The position numbers were made by a program, and so were the translations under genes. The notes beneath the pieces were generated by a model. The model was not told the DNA's origin, did not search any database, and worked only from the letters and a program-made list of their open reading frames with translations. 64,000 bases of DNA from Candidatus Woesearchaeota archaeon. Lineage in GTDB: Archaea > Nanobdellota > Nanobdellia > SCGC-AAA011-G17 > JACPIM01. The DNA lies in contig CAYWEX010000004.1 of NCBI GenBank assembly GCA_964457785.1, positions 258 to 64,257 of the forward strand. Direction: 5' to 3'. Shown in pieces: positions 46,368 to 54,885 of this stretch (positions are counted from its first letter, which is position 1; each line of letters starts with the position of its first letter).

Positions 46368-47795
46368 ATGAAATTTAAGGATTTTTTTGGAAAAACAGAA
46401 GTAAAAATATTTTTTACAGTCTATTTAGTCTATTTGGTTTTTATTAGTAACTATGGTGGGAATTTTATGGCTGATTCTATGTTGTCAGCAACAATTTCCT
46501 TAGTTGAAAAACAAACCTTAATAATTGATGATTATGTTTCAGAAACCTGTAAGTCTACTGGTTGCGATCATGCTTATTACAAAGGGCATTTTTATTCTGG
46601 CTTTGCTCCAGGACCGACTTTCTTGGCTTTGCCAGTTTATTTAGTAGCTTATCCATTTCTTGAAAACTTATTGCCAGATAATTTATTTGGAAATCCAAAA
46701 ACAGAATTAAAATTAATTGCTCTAAATATCCTTGTGACTATTTTAATATCTTCCTTGTTTGCAGCATTAATTTCAGTTTTAGTTTATAAAATATCTTTTT
46801 ATTTTACAGAAGATAGAAAAACAAGAATCTTTACGTCTCTGATTTTAAGTTTTGGAACATTGTTTTTATTGTATTCAACTGGTTATTATGCAAGAATTCT
46901 TGCTTCTTTTTTTAGTATTTTTGCATTTTATAAATTAATTCAGATGAAAAATTCTAGTGTAAATAATAAAGATTTATTTTTATCTGGTTTGTCTTCCTCA
47001 ATTGCAATCACAATTGACTATCCTCATTTTTTAATTTCATTTATTTTATTCCTTTATCTGCTTAGCTTTTTAAGAAATAAAAAGATAATTTATTTTTTAA
47101 TAGGTTCTGTAATTCCTGTAGCTCTGATTTTAATATATCATTTTATAATTTTTGAAAATCCTTTTGAAACTCCAGAACATTTAAGGGCAAACTTGCCTAC
47201 AACCGAATATTTGGAAAAAGGCGTTGGTGGATTTAATTACCCTCACTTGGAAAAATTATTCTTATATTCATTTAGTCCAAAAAGAGGCCTATTCTTTTAC
47301 AATCCGATATTTTTATTATGTTTGTATGGCTTGTATCTCGGATATAAAAAAAATAAATACGAAATTTTGACTATTTTGACAATTTCCATGGCAACCTTTT
47401 TGTTTTATTCATCTAGTGTATGGCCTTGGTGGTGGGACGGGAGCTTTGGCCCAAGATATTTGTTAGTAATATTTCCATATCTAATACTTCCATTAAATTT
47501 TGTTTTAGAGCAGTCTAAAAAAATTTTGATTTCCTTATTTGCATTTATTTCCTTTTGTATAAGCTTGCTTGGAGCAATGTTTGATAGAACTGCTTTTTGG
47601 ACATATCCTTTTGATGTTTCTAATCCAGTTTTTAATACTTATATTCCATTATTTTTAGAAAAAGGTTTTTCTAATTATACAATAAATATAATTTCATATA
47701 AAATAATTAATCTCCCAGTTTATTTAACCAATTTAATCTTTTTTGCAGAAATCTTGCTCTTATTTTTTATAATAAAAAAAATATGGAAAAATTAA
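46368..47795 (+). CDS. polytopic membrane protein (GT-C-like candidate)
   Basis: About 12 TM helices. First-loop segment DHAYYKGHFYSGFAPGPTFLALP resembles the loop-1 region of GT-C enzymes (weak, from memory). Confidence 0.7.
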   Translation: MKFKDFFGKTEVKIFFTVYLVYLVFISNYGGNFMADSMLSATISLVEKQTLIIDDYVSETCKSTGCDHAYYKGHFYSGFAPGPTFLALPVYLVAYPFLENLLPDNLFGNPKTELKLIALNILVTILISSLFAALISVLVYKISFYFTEDRKTRIFTSLILSFGTLFLLYSTGYYARILASFFSIFAFYKLIQMKNSSVNNKDLFLSGLSSSIAITIDYPHFLISFILFLYLLSFLRNKKIIYFLIGSVIPVALILIYHFIIFENPFETPEHLRANLPTTEYLEKGVGGFNYPHLEKLFLYSFSPKRGLFFYNPIFLLCLYGLYLGYKKNKYEILTILTISMATFLFYSSSVWPWWWDGSFGPRYLLVIFPYLILPLNFVLEQSKKILISLFAFISFCISLLGAMFDRTAFWTYPFDVSNPVFNTYIPLFLEKGFSNYTINIISYKIINLPVYLTNLIFFAEILLLFFIIKKIWKN

Positions 47796-48067
47796 TTGTT
47801 TGCTTCTGTTTTTGAATATTCAACTCTTCTTGCAAGCGCATATCTTACAATAGCTCCCAACTCTCTCTCAGTAAAATGTGCTGTTACTCTAGTAAATTCT
47901 TCTTTAAGTCTGGTAGTTTCTGCATCATTAATTTTCCCACCCGCTTTTATAATCAATGCTACTTTTCTTTCATAATCTTGGTATGCTTTAATGCCATCTA
48001 AAATTCTGGCATCCAAATCTAAGACACTGACATTCAAATATATGTCCTTAAATTTTCTTTCTAACAT
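47792..48067 (-). CDS. hypothetical protein
   Basis: 91-aa ORF downstream of the oxidoreductase on the same strand. Confidence 0.55.
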   Translation of the reverse strand: MLERKFKDIYLNVSVLDLDARILDGIKAYQDYERKVALIIKAGGKINDAETTRLKEEFTRVTAHFTERELGAIVRYALARRVEYSKTEANN

Positions 48068-48079
48068 TTTTATGGCTCC

Positions 48080-49036
48080 TTAATTTTTATTATTTGAAAG
48101 CTCCAAAGCTATTCTTAACGCCTCAAAAGCATCCTCTCCTTTGACAGGAAATTCTTTTCCATTTTTAACACATTCTAAAAAAGACTGCAATTCAACTTTC
48201 AATGGTTCTTCTTTTTTAATTTCCAAATTAATCTTTGTCGGATTTCCAAATTTGATTACAAAATCCCCAAAATCATCAAAATCTTTTGCATAATTGCTCT
48301 TGTAAACATCCAATTCCTGGGTAATATAGTTTAATTCAGCATAACCCCTTGATCCTGTAACATTAAGTAGTCTTATTTTAATTGGTGTAACCCAGTTTAC
48401 CTGTATGAACGCATTTGTATTTCCATATTTTAATAATAAGTCAGCATAATCGCCGTTTGGAATTAAAGAGTTTCCTAATGATCCGAATAATTTTGAAGGT
48501 CTCTTATTTAAGAGATAATTAAAAATATCAATATCATGTACAGCCAAGTCAATAATAACATTTGTATCTCTGACTTTGGGTGGTATAACGCCGACCCTCC
48601 TGCACATAATTGAGTTTATTTCTCCAAGTTCAAAATTATCCATTAGCTCTTTTAATTTTATTACAGCTGGGTTAAATCTTTCAATATGCCCCACCATAAA
48701 TTTTACATTTTTTTCTTTTGCTTTTTTTATAATTTCATTTGCATTTTCCAAAGTATCAGCAATTGGTTTTTCAAGCAAAAATGGAATTCCTTTCTCAATT
48801 ATATCTAATGCAACTTTTTTGTGGAAAGAAGTTGGAACAACAATAGAAACAGCATCCAATTTTTCTTTTTCCAGCATTTCCTTGTAATCTTTATAATAAT
48901 TGCATTTGAATTTATCGCTGACTTTCTTTCCTAAATCTTCATCTATGTCGCTGACTGCAACTAAATTGCCTGTTTCATTATAAATTCTTGCATGATTGCT
49001 TCCCATGTTTCCTATTCCAATAACTCCAACTCTCAT
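48080..49036 (-). CDS. Gfo/Idh/MocA family NAD(P)-dependent oxidoreductase
   Basis: MRVGVIGIGNMGSNHARIY Rossmann N-terminus and EKP motif (LLEKPIA). Confidence 0.9.
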   Translation of the reverse strand: MRVGVIGIGNMGSNHARIYNETGNLVAVSDIDEDLGKKVSDKFKCNYYKDYKEMLEKEKLDAVSIVVPTSFHKKVALDIIEKGIPFLLEKPIADTLENANEIIKKAKEKNVKFMVGHIERFNPAVIKLKELMDNFELGEINSIMCRRVGVIPPKVRDTNVIIDLAVHDIDIFNYLLNKRPSKLFGSLGNSLIPNGDYADLLLKYGNTNAFIQVNWVTPIKIRLLNVTGSRGYAELNYITQELDVYKSNYAKDFDDFGDFVIKFGNPTKINLEIKKEEPLKVELQSFLECVKNGKEFPVKGEDAFEALRIALELSNNKN

Positions 49037-50106
49037 GTAATCTCCTTTAAAGTTTTCACAATATAATCTAATTCTTCTCTTGTTAAGCTTGGGTGAACAG
49101 GCAGCGATAAAACCTTTTTACAAACCTCATTGACAACTTTAAAATTGTTTCCTTCATATCCTAAAGTTTTATAAAAAGGCTGGTCAAAAACAGGCTTTGG
49201 GTAAAATATATCTCCCTTTATTCCTTTGTCAAATAATTTTTTTAATATTTCATCCCTGTTCTCAACCATTACAGTAAACTGGTGAAATACATGCTTGTAA
49301 TTTTCTTTGACTTCTGGAAGAACTATCCCAGACTCTTTCAAATTCTTTATTAAATAATTTGCATTTTCAATTCTTTTATTATTTAAATAATCAAGTTTTT
49401 TTAATTGTTCAACACCAATAGCTGCACAAATATTAGTCATTCTAAAGTTTAATCCAAATATTTCGTGTTGATATCTTATTTTGCTGCCATGATTAATTGT
49501 CATTCTGCATTTTTCAGCAAACTTTTCATCATTGGTTGTAATTAACCCGCCCTCGCTTGTAGTGATGTTCTTTGTTGGATAAAATGAAAAACATCCAGTT
49601 CCAAAACTTCCTACTTTTTTTCCTTTAAATTCTGCACCATGTGCTTGTGCAGCATCTTCAATTAAAATTAAATTATTATCTTTGCAAATTTTGCCAATTT
49701 TGTCCATGTCAGGCATCAATCCAAAAAGCGAAACAGCCAGAATTGCTTTTGTTTTCTTTGTAATTTTTTCTTGAATCAAGTCCGGATTTATATTAAATGA
49801 ATCTTTTTCAATATCAACAAAAACTGGTTTTGCCTTGACACTTAAAATAGAATTTGCAGTTGCAATAAAAGTAAATGGTGTTGTAATTACTTCATCATTT
49901 TCTTTAATATCATGACACATTAAAGCAGTTTGCAAAGCGCTTGTCCCAGACGAAGTTGCAATTCCATATTTAACTCCTATATACTTTGAAAAATTTTCTT
50001 CAAATTCCTTTACTTTCTCGCCTTGAGCCAATATACCAGACTTTAAAACATCTGAAACTGCCCTAATCTCCTCTTCTCCAATCACCGGTTTTGCAATATT
50101 TATCAT
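49033..50106 (-). CDS. DegT/DnrJ/EryC1/StrS family PLP-dependent sugar aminotransferase
   Basis: SSGTSAL, DAAQAHGA, and FSFYPTKNITTSEGG (PLP lysine context). Confidence 0.9.
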   Translation of the reverse strand: MINIAKPVIGEEEIRAVSDVLKSGILAQGEKVKEFEENFSKYIGVKYGIATSSGTSALQTALMCHDIKENDEVITTPFTFIATANSILSVKAKPVFVDIEKDSFNINPDLIQEKITKKTKAILAVSLFGLMPDMDKIGKICKDNNLILIEDAAQAHGAEFKGKKVGSFGTGCFSFYPTKNITTSEGGLITTNDEKFAEKCRMTINHGSKIRYQHEIFGLNFRMTNICAAIGVEQLKKLDYLNNKRIENANYLIKNLKESGIVLPEVKENYKHVFHQFTVMVENRDEILKKLFDKGIKGDIFYPKPVFDQPFYKTLGYEGNNFKVVNEVCKKVLSLPVHPSLTREELDYIVKTLKEIT

Positions 50107-50158
50107 CTTTTTTCCTTTAACAAAAATATATTTAAACCTATTTATTCAACAAATAACA

Positions 50159-50791
50159 ATGAACCTTCTCTGTATAGACCTTGATAATACATTAATCGAT
50201 TCTGACAAGCCCCATATTTTGGCTTATAATAAAGCATTTAAAAAACACAAATTAAAAAAAATATCAGCTAAAAAAATAAAAAAACTGTTTGGATTAGTTG
50301 GTTCAGAAATTGTTAAAAAATTATTTCCTAAATTGTCTGAAAAAGAGATTAATGAAATTGTAAATTCCCATGATTATTTCCTGAATAAGGAAACGAAAAA
50401 ACATCTAAAGCCGTTTAAAGGCGTTAAATTAACATTAAAAAAACTAAAAGAAAAATATAAATTAGCTGTTATATCAAACTGCAGACACAAAGAAATTCTA
50501 ATAATCCTAAAAACAGTAAAAATAAACCCAAAAATATTTTCAGCTATTATAGGAAATGACGATGTAAATAATCCAAAGCCATTTCCTGATGAAATTTTAA
50601 AAGCTCAAAAATTACTGCATCTTAAGGCAAAGTTCATGATAGGCGACAGTATTTACGATATAAAAGCAGGTAAAAAAGCAAAAGTAAAAACAATAGCAGT
50701 TTTAACAGGCAATCACTCAAAAATAGAATTGAAAAAAGAACAGCCAGATTACCTTCTAAATAATTTTAAAGATATTTTAAGAATCCTATAG
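50159..50791 (+). CDS. HAD superfamily phosphatase
   Basis: Motif I CIDLDNTLIDS, motif II VISNC, motif IV GDSIYD. Confidence 0.85.
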   Translation: MNLLCIDLDNTLIDSDKPHILAYNKAFKKHKLKKISAKKIKKLFGLVGSEIVKKLFPKLSEKEINEIVNSHDYFLNKETKKHLKPFKGVKLTLKKLKEKYKLAVISNCRHKEILIILKTVKINPKIFSAIIGNDDVNNPKPFPDEILKAQKLLHLKAKFMIGDSIYDIKAGKKAKVKTIAVLTGNHSKIELKKEQPDYLLNNFKDILRIL

Positions 50792-50860
50792 TATATTCTG
50801 GATCATAAGAATATTTAAAAATAATGAGTATTCTAAAGAAATTATAAGGGGGAATAATTA

Positions 50861-51061
50861 ATGCAATATACTTTACGAAATGAAAAAACAGGTGAAGTAA
50901 AGGCTTATGAAGTATCTTATTCACAAGTGCTTCAGGAAAAGACAAACAGATTATTGACAACCTTAATTATACTTATTCTGGCAATGCTTTTGGTTATTGG
51001 TTATACCTTAATTAAAGTAGATGCTTTAAACATACCAACAAGACTAATTTATGGATGGTGA
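50861..51061 (+). CDS. small single-TM hypothetical protein
   Basis: 66-aa ORF. GGGGG-containing Shine-Dalgarno-like sequence upstream. TM helix LLTTLIILILAMLLVIGYTLI. Confidence 0.5.
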   Translation: MQYTLRNEKTGEVKAYEVSYSQVLQEKTNRLLTTLIILILAMLLVIGYTLIKVDALNIPTRLIYGW

Positions 51062-51401
51062 ACTATTGATAGTTTACAAATACGAAATAACTGTCTTTGA
51101 AAGTTTAATGGCTGCAGCACACGATTTTGGTGAAAAACAAATTAGAGTTTATATTCCAGATCATGGTGTTCTTGGGTTTAGAAAAAAAGAAAAAATCGAT
51201 TTCTATAGTGACGATCCAAAAGCAGTAGAAGAAGCACGAGAAATTGTTAGTCGCAGATTAAGAAATTTAGATGTTCGATATATTGGCAAAGTTGTGTTAC
51301 CAGATGATCTTGCATCTAAAGTTATTTCCGAAGGAAGGGCGCTAAGGTTAGCTCAGGAAAGATTGCAAAGTGCTGGGAAAAAACTCATAAATCTTATTTA
51401 A
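51051..51401 (+). CDS. hypothetical protein
   Basis: 116-aa ORF overlapping the previous ORF by 11 nt. Confidence 0.6.
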   Translation: MDGELLIVYKYEITVFESLMAAAHDFGEKQIRVYIPDHGVLGFRKKEKIDFYSDDPKAVEEAREIVSRRLRNLDVRYIGKVVLPDDLASKVISEGRALRLAQERLQSAGKKLINLI

Positions 51402-51421
51402 ATAATAAAAAAAGAAAAAAA

Positions 51422-51643
51422 TTAATTAAAACTAGTAATATACAAAGCCATCATCTGTAAGTCGGGTTTTCTGTAAAGTCTCTTAAAATAATTAAATCTG
51501 GCTTTTCTCTTTTTCATCGACCACAGCTTTATCCACAAATCTTTCTGAGCTTTATTTGGCATTGGCCTATTTTCAGAAATCATGTGTATATGGTTGTACG
51601 CTATTAGTCTTTTATGTTCATTAAAAAACTGTTCTGAAACCAT
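51422..51643 (-). CDS. hypothetical basic protein
   Basis: 73-aa ORF. TATA-like GGTTTATATAG about 30 nt upstream on the minus strand. Confidence 0.45.
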   Translation of the reverse strand: MVSEQFFNEHKRLIAYNHIHMISENRPMPNKAQKDLWIKLWSMKKRKARFNYFKRLYRKPDLQMMALYITSFN

Positions 51644-51704
51644 TTTGGAGTATAAATACGTAATTCACACCACTATATAAACCTTAGTTACTCCTAAGCC
51701 CACA

Positions 51705-51716
51705 TAACTATAGTTA
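51705..51716. promoter_or_regulatory. 12-bp perfect palindrome TAACTATAGTTA (copy 1)
   Basis: Exact sequence repeated at 63437-63448. Lies in the divergent promoter region between ORF 51422-51643 and the PIN gene. Confidence 0.4.
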
Positions 51717-51772
51717 ATAAAATTAGAAAAATTATATAAAAACCAAATAAAACATCGATATAAGGCTTAAAA

Positions 51773-52135
51773 ATGTATTCCATAATACTAGACACAGATT
51801 TTATACTTCATTCAATTGAAAATAAAGTAGATCTTTTTGAAGAAATAAGGAGAATATCTAATTTTAATTACAAACTTTACATTCTAGATAAAACATTGGA
51901 CGAATTAAAAAATAAAAAACACGAAAAATTAGCCTTAACTCTTCTTAAGAACCGCGTTGAAATAATAAAAACAAAAAAAGACAAGATAGTAGATGATCTT
52001 ATTTTAGGCTTGAAAATGAAAAACATGATTATTTGTACCACTGATAAAGAGCTTAAGGAAAAGCTTAAAAAGAGGAATATTCCGGTTATTCATTTAAGAA
52101 AAAGGAAATATCTTGTGATAGAGAATGTATTATAA
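51773..52135 (+). CDS. PIN-domain protein (Fcf1/Utp24-like)
   Basis: IILDTDFIL N-terminal acidic motif and CTTDKELKEKLKKRNIPVI. Conserved position upstream of rpo7. Confidence 0.8.
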   Translation: MYSIILDTDFILHSIENKVDLFEEIRRISNFNYKLYILDKTLDELKNKKHEKLALTLLKNRVEIIKTKKDKIVDDLILGLKMKNMIICTTDKELKEKLKKRNIPVIHLRKRKYLVIENVL

Positions 52136-52700
52136 AATTAATGTAAAAACATTTGTAAGAGTGCCACCTTCAAATTTTGGCAAGGAAGTTAAAAATATAA
52201 TTTTAAATCTATTAAACGAGCAATTTTCAAACTATGTCTCTGAAAAACTTGGCATAGTAATAGGTGTCTTAAATGTTGAAGAAACTGGTGAAGGAGTAAT
52301 AATTCCTGGTGACGGAGCAGCTTATCATGAAACTAAATTTACATTATTAACATTTAAGCCAGAAGTTCAGGAAATGGTTCTTGGTTCAGTATCTGAAATT
52401 ACAGATTTTGGTGCATTCCTGGATTTGGGTGCACTCGAAGGAATGATTCACGTTTCGCAGACAATGGATGATTTTGTAAGTTTCTCAAAAGCAAATGTAT
52501 TAACAGGAAAAGAATCAAAGAAAGTTTTAAAAGTAAATGATAAATGCAGAGCAAGAATAATTGCAGTGTCATTTAAAGATCTTGCAAATCCGAAAGTTGG
52601 TTTAACAATGAGACAGCCATTATTGGGTGCATTGCCTTGGATTGAGCAGGAAATTAAAAACAATATAAAAGTAATTGAAGAAAAAGTAAGTAAAAAATAA
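52125..52700 (+). CDS. rpoE: DNA-directed RNA polymerase subunit Rpo7 (E')
   Basis: MYYKINVKTFVRVPP N-terminus and S1 domain GSVSEITDFGAFLDLGALEGMIHVSQ. Confidence 0.9.
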   Translation: MYYKINVKTFVRVPPSNFGKEVKNIILNLLNEQFSNYVSEKLGIVIGVLNVEETGEGVIIPGDGAAYHETKFTLLTFKPEVQEMVLGSVSEITDFGAFLDLGALEGMIHVSQTMDDFVSFSKANVLTGKESKKVLKVNDKCRARIIAVSFKDLANPKVGLTMRQPLLGALPWIEQEIKNNIKVIEEKVSKK

Positions 52701-52701
52701 A

Positions 52702-52878
52702 ATGGTAACAATTCAAATTTATGAAGAAAAAGAAAGATTTTACGAATTCATGAATATAAAGAATTTAGATGATATTGAAATATACAATCCAAGAAATTGG
52801 CTAAGAGCAATAAAAATATTAGATGCTAAAATAGCTGAAGAAGAAATAAGAAATAAAAGTTTAGAAAAAAGATTATAA
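52702..52878 (+). CDS. 58-aa hypothetical protein wedged between rpo7 and spt4
   Basis: ATG 2 nt after the rpo7 stop, and its own stop 1 nt before the spt4 ATG: MVTIQIYEEKERFYEFMNIKNLDDIEIYNPRNWLRAIKILDAKIAEEEIRNKSLEKRL. Below the track cutoff. Confidence 0.55.
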   Translation: MVTIQIYEEKERFYEFMNIKNLDDIEIYNPRNWLRAIKILDAKIAEEEIRNKSLEKRL

Positions 52879-52879
52879 A

Positions 52880-53065
52880 ATGGTAAAAAAAGTTTGTAGA
52901 AAAGATAAACTATTGTTTGAAGGCAGCATATGTCCATTATGCAAGTCAGATTCATTTGGGCAAAGCTGGAAAGGGAGAATATTTATAGTCGATCCAAATA
53001 AATCAGAAATTGCCAAAAAAATTGGTATAACAGTCAAAGGAGAATATGCAATTAAAGTCAAGTAA
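52880..53065 (+). CDS. spt4: transcription elongation factor Spt4 (RpoE'')
   Basis: CPLCKS zinc-ribbon half, WKGRIFIVDPNKSEIAKKIGI, and conserved position after rpo7. Confidence 0.85.
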   Translation: MVKKVCRKDKLLFEGSICPLCKSDSFGQSWKGRIFIVDPNKSEIAKKIGITVKGEYAIKVK

Positions 53066-53103
53066 ACTTTTATGAAAAAGTTTAATCAAAAATAAAGTTT
53101 AAA

Positions 53104-53400
53104 ATGAAAATGCATTTATTAAGTCAAAAAGAAGAAAAATTATTTCAAAGAAAGGAAGTTGCATTTAAAGTAGAATTTGAAAAAGTAACTCCAAATAAAG
53201 AAGAATTAAAAAAACAAATTTCTGAACATTTGAAAGTAAATCCTGAATTAGTTAAAATTGAAAAAGCAGATCAAACTTATGGGGAAAGATCAGCAGAAGT
53301 TACTGCTCTTGTTTATTCTGATAAAGATTTTATGAAAAAAGTTGAAGTTAGAAATAAAAAAGTAAAGAAAGAAGCGAAAAAAGAAGAAAAGAAAGAGTAA
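53104..53400 (+). CDS. rps24e: 30S ribosomal protein eS24
   Basis: LFQRKEVAFKVEFEKVTPNKEELKKQISEHL...VYSDKDFMKKVE is a typical S24e pattern. K/E-rich tail. Confidence 0.9.
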   Translation: MKMHLLSQKEEKLFQRKEVAFKVEFEKVTPNKEELKKQISEHLKVNPELVKIEKADQTYGERSAEVTALVYSDKDFMKKVEVRNKKVKKEAKKEEKKE

Positions 53401-53586
53401 ATGGCAAAACAAAAACCAAAAAATAAAAAGCCCAGTGAAAGATGGAAAAAATACAAAGTAGATCCATCTGGAAAATTAATTAAATCCAAATCTTGTCCCA
53501 AATGTGGTGAAGGAATCTTCATGGCAGAACACAAAGATAGAAACTATTGCGGTAAATGTGGCTATACAGAATTTAAAACAAAATAA
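53401..53586 (+). CDS. rps27ae: 30S ribosomal protein eS31 (S27ae)
   Basis: [24 protein letters not shown] zinc ribbon. The start abuts the eS24 stop. Confidence 0.9.
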   Translation: MAKQKPKNKKPSERWKKYKVDPSGKLIKSKSCPKCGEGIFMAEHKDRNYCGKCGYTEFKTK

Positions 53587-53628
53587 AAAAGTTTATATAT
53601 TCTTTTCAATAACTAATACTCATCTATG

Positions 53629-53704
53629 CGGGGCAGATGGGATTTGAACCCATAATCTTACCGTGCGTTAAACAGTTGTTTTATCCAAATTAAACTACTG
53701 CCCC
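53629..53704 (-). tRNA. tRNA whose anticodon loop reads UUAACGC (anticodon AAC, nominally Val), identity uncertain
   Basis: Hand fold: acceptor GGGGCAG/CTGCCCC, discriminator G. D-arm GTTT-AATTTGGATA-AAAC. Anticodon arm ACTGT-TTAACGC-ACGGT (anticodon at 53667-53669). 6-nt variable region AAGATT. T-arm ATGGG-TTCAAAT-CCCAT. Confidence 0.75.
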
Positions 53705-53855
53705 TTTACATTTTTTGAGTTTACTCTTTTCTAAGATAAAATTCTTTATAACAACTACTCAGAAATTTTCGCAATATTTCCGATATTTAGAATAAAAATC
53801 CAAAAATCTTTCAAAATTATTTTTAAACTAGTAAAAATATTACAATTAGTTTTGG

Positions 53856-53880
53856 GTTAAGCTTTTTCAAAAAGGTTAAA
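53856..53880. repeat. copy B of the recurrent quasi-palindromic intergenic motif
   Basis: GTTAAGCTTTTTCAAAAAGGTTAAA. Overlaps the stop codon of ORF 53876-54223. Confidence 0.5.
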
Positions 53881-54223
53881 CTGTTCTTCTATTCCAGCCC
53901 CTCCCTTTGCCATTTATTTTTTCTATGTAATTTACAGCATCACCAAAACTTTTAGCGTTGTTAAAATAATCCAAATAAGTTTGCACCGAAACGTACCAGC
54001 TTCTTTGTGGAGAGCTTGTTCTTGATAAAGGCGATCTGTCTTTTATAGGTAATTCTACTCTTAAAACTTTTTCAACAACCATTTGTCCTTTCTCCATATC
54101 CTTAAAACCAGTTGCATCTAAGCTATAAATATCTAAAATTAAATTAGAACCATCTTCCAAAATTCTTGCTTCCTTTATTGGTAATTTTCTAGTCTCTTCT
54201 ACTCTTTTTTCTAGTTTTTTCAT
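53876..54223 (-). CDS. hypothetical protein
   Basis: 115-aa ORF. Confidence 0.6.
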   Translation of the reverse strand: MKKLEKRVEETRKLPIKEARILEDGSNLILDIYSLDATGFKDMEKGQMVVEKVLRVELPIKDRSPLSRTSSPQRSWYVSVQTYLDYFNNAKSFGDAVNYIEKINGKGRGWNRRTV

Positions 54224-54323
54224 CCCACTTCTTTTATTTTATGGATTTTATAAATATGTTATAGTAACTTATTGGTAATAACAAATAGAAAGGTTTATAA
54301 ATAAAAACTCTTCCAAAATTGCT

Positions 54324-54884
54324 ATGAAAACAGAAAAAACAGCAGCAAATATTGTTATTGCTCAAACATATGGGCACGCATTAGAAAATATTAGAAGTCG
54401 TAGAAATCCTAAAAGTAAAAATCAAGTATCTTATTTTTCTAGAACAGCAGATGTAGTTAATGAAGTTTTAACCAAACCAATAGACATTGTAGTAACTGGC
54501 CAACTTTTTTATGATTCTGATTTATCAGATGATCCTCTTCTTAGTATGATAACTATGATCAGAGACGGAGCTGAATTAGGTATTGATGGAGCTGTTGAAA
54601 GACATATAAGACCACACATTCATGGGCCAAGAACAGGAACAGAATTATCTGAAGAAATATATAGAATAAAACCAGAAATCTTAACTTTTAGATATAGTCT
54701 AAGTCCAGAAGAGAGAGGAAAACTTGTTGGAGATATAAATAAATGTGGGCCTACTGAAGAATTAACAGATTTTATTGATAATTCAGATTTAGCTGAAATT
54801 TTACAAGATAAAGATTGGGATAGATTAGAAGAAACTTTCCCAAGAATAGATTTCTATAAAGGTTGGAAAGAAGAACATAAATAA
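54324..54884 (+). CDS. hypothetical protein
   Basis: 186-aa ORF, first of three tightly packed same-strand ORFs. Confidence 0.6.
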   Translation: MKTEKTAANIVIAQTYGHALENIRSRRNPKSKNQVSYFSRTADVVNEVLTKPIDIVVTGQLFYDSDLSDDPLLSMITMIRDGAELGIDGAVERHIRPHIHGPRTGTELSEEIYRIKPEILTFRYSLSPEERGKLVGDINKCGPTEELTDFIDNSDLAEILQDKDWDRLEETFPRIDFYKGWKEEHK

Positions 54885-54885
54885 C

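Noticed and set aside
51773-52135. PIN-domain gene as a VapC toxin of a toxin-antitoxin pair.
   Set aside because: There is no upstream antitoxin ORF. The gene occupies the conserved Fcf1-like position ahead of rpo7/spt4, typical of archaeal ribosome-biogenesis PIN proteins.
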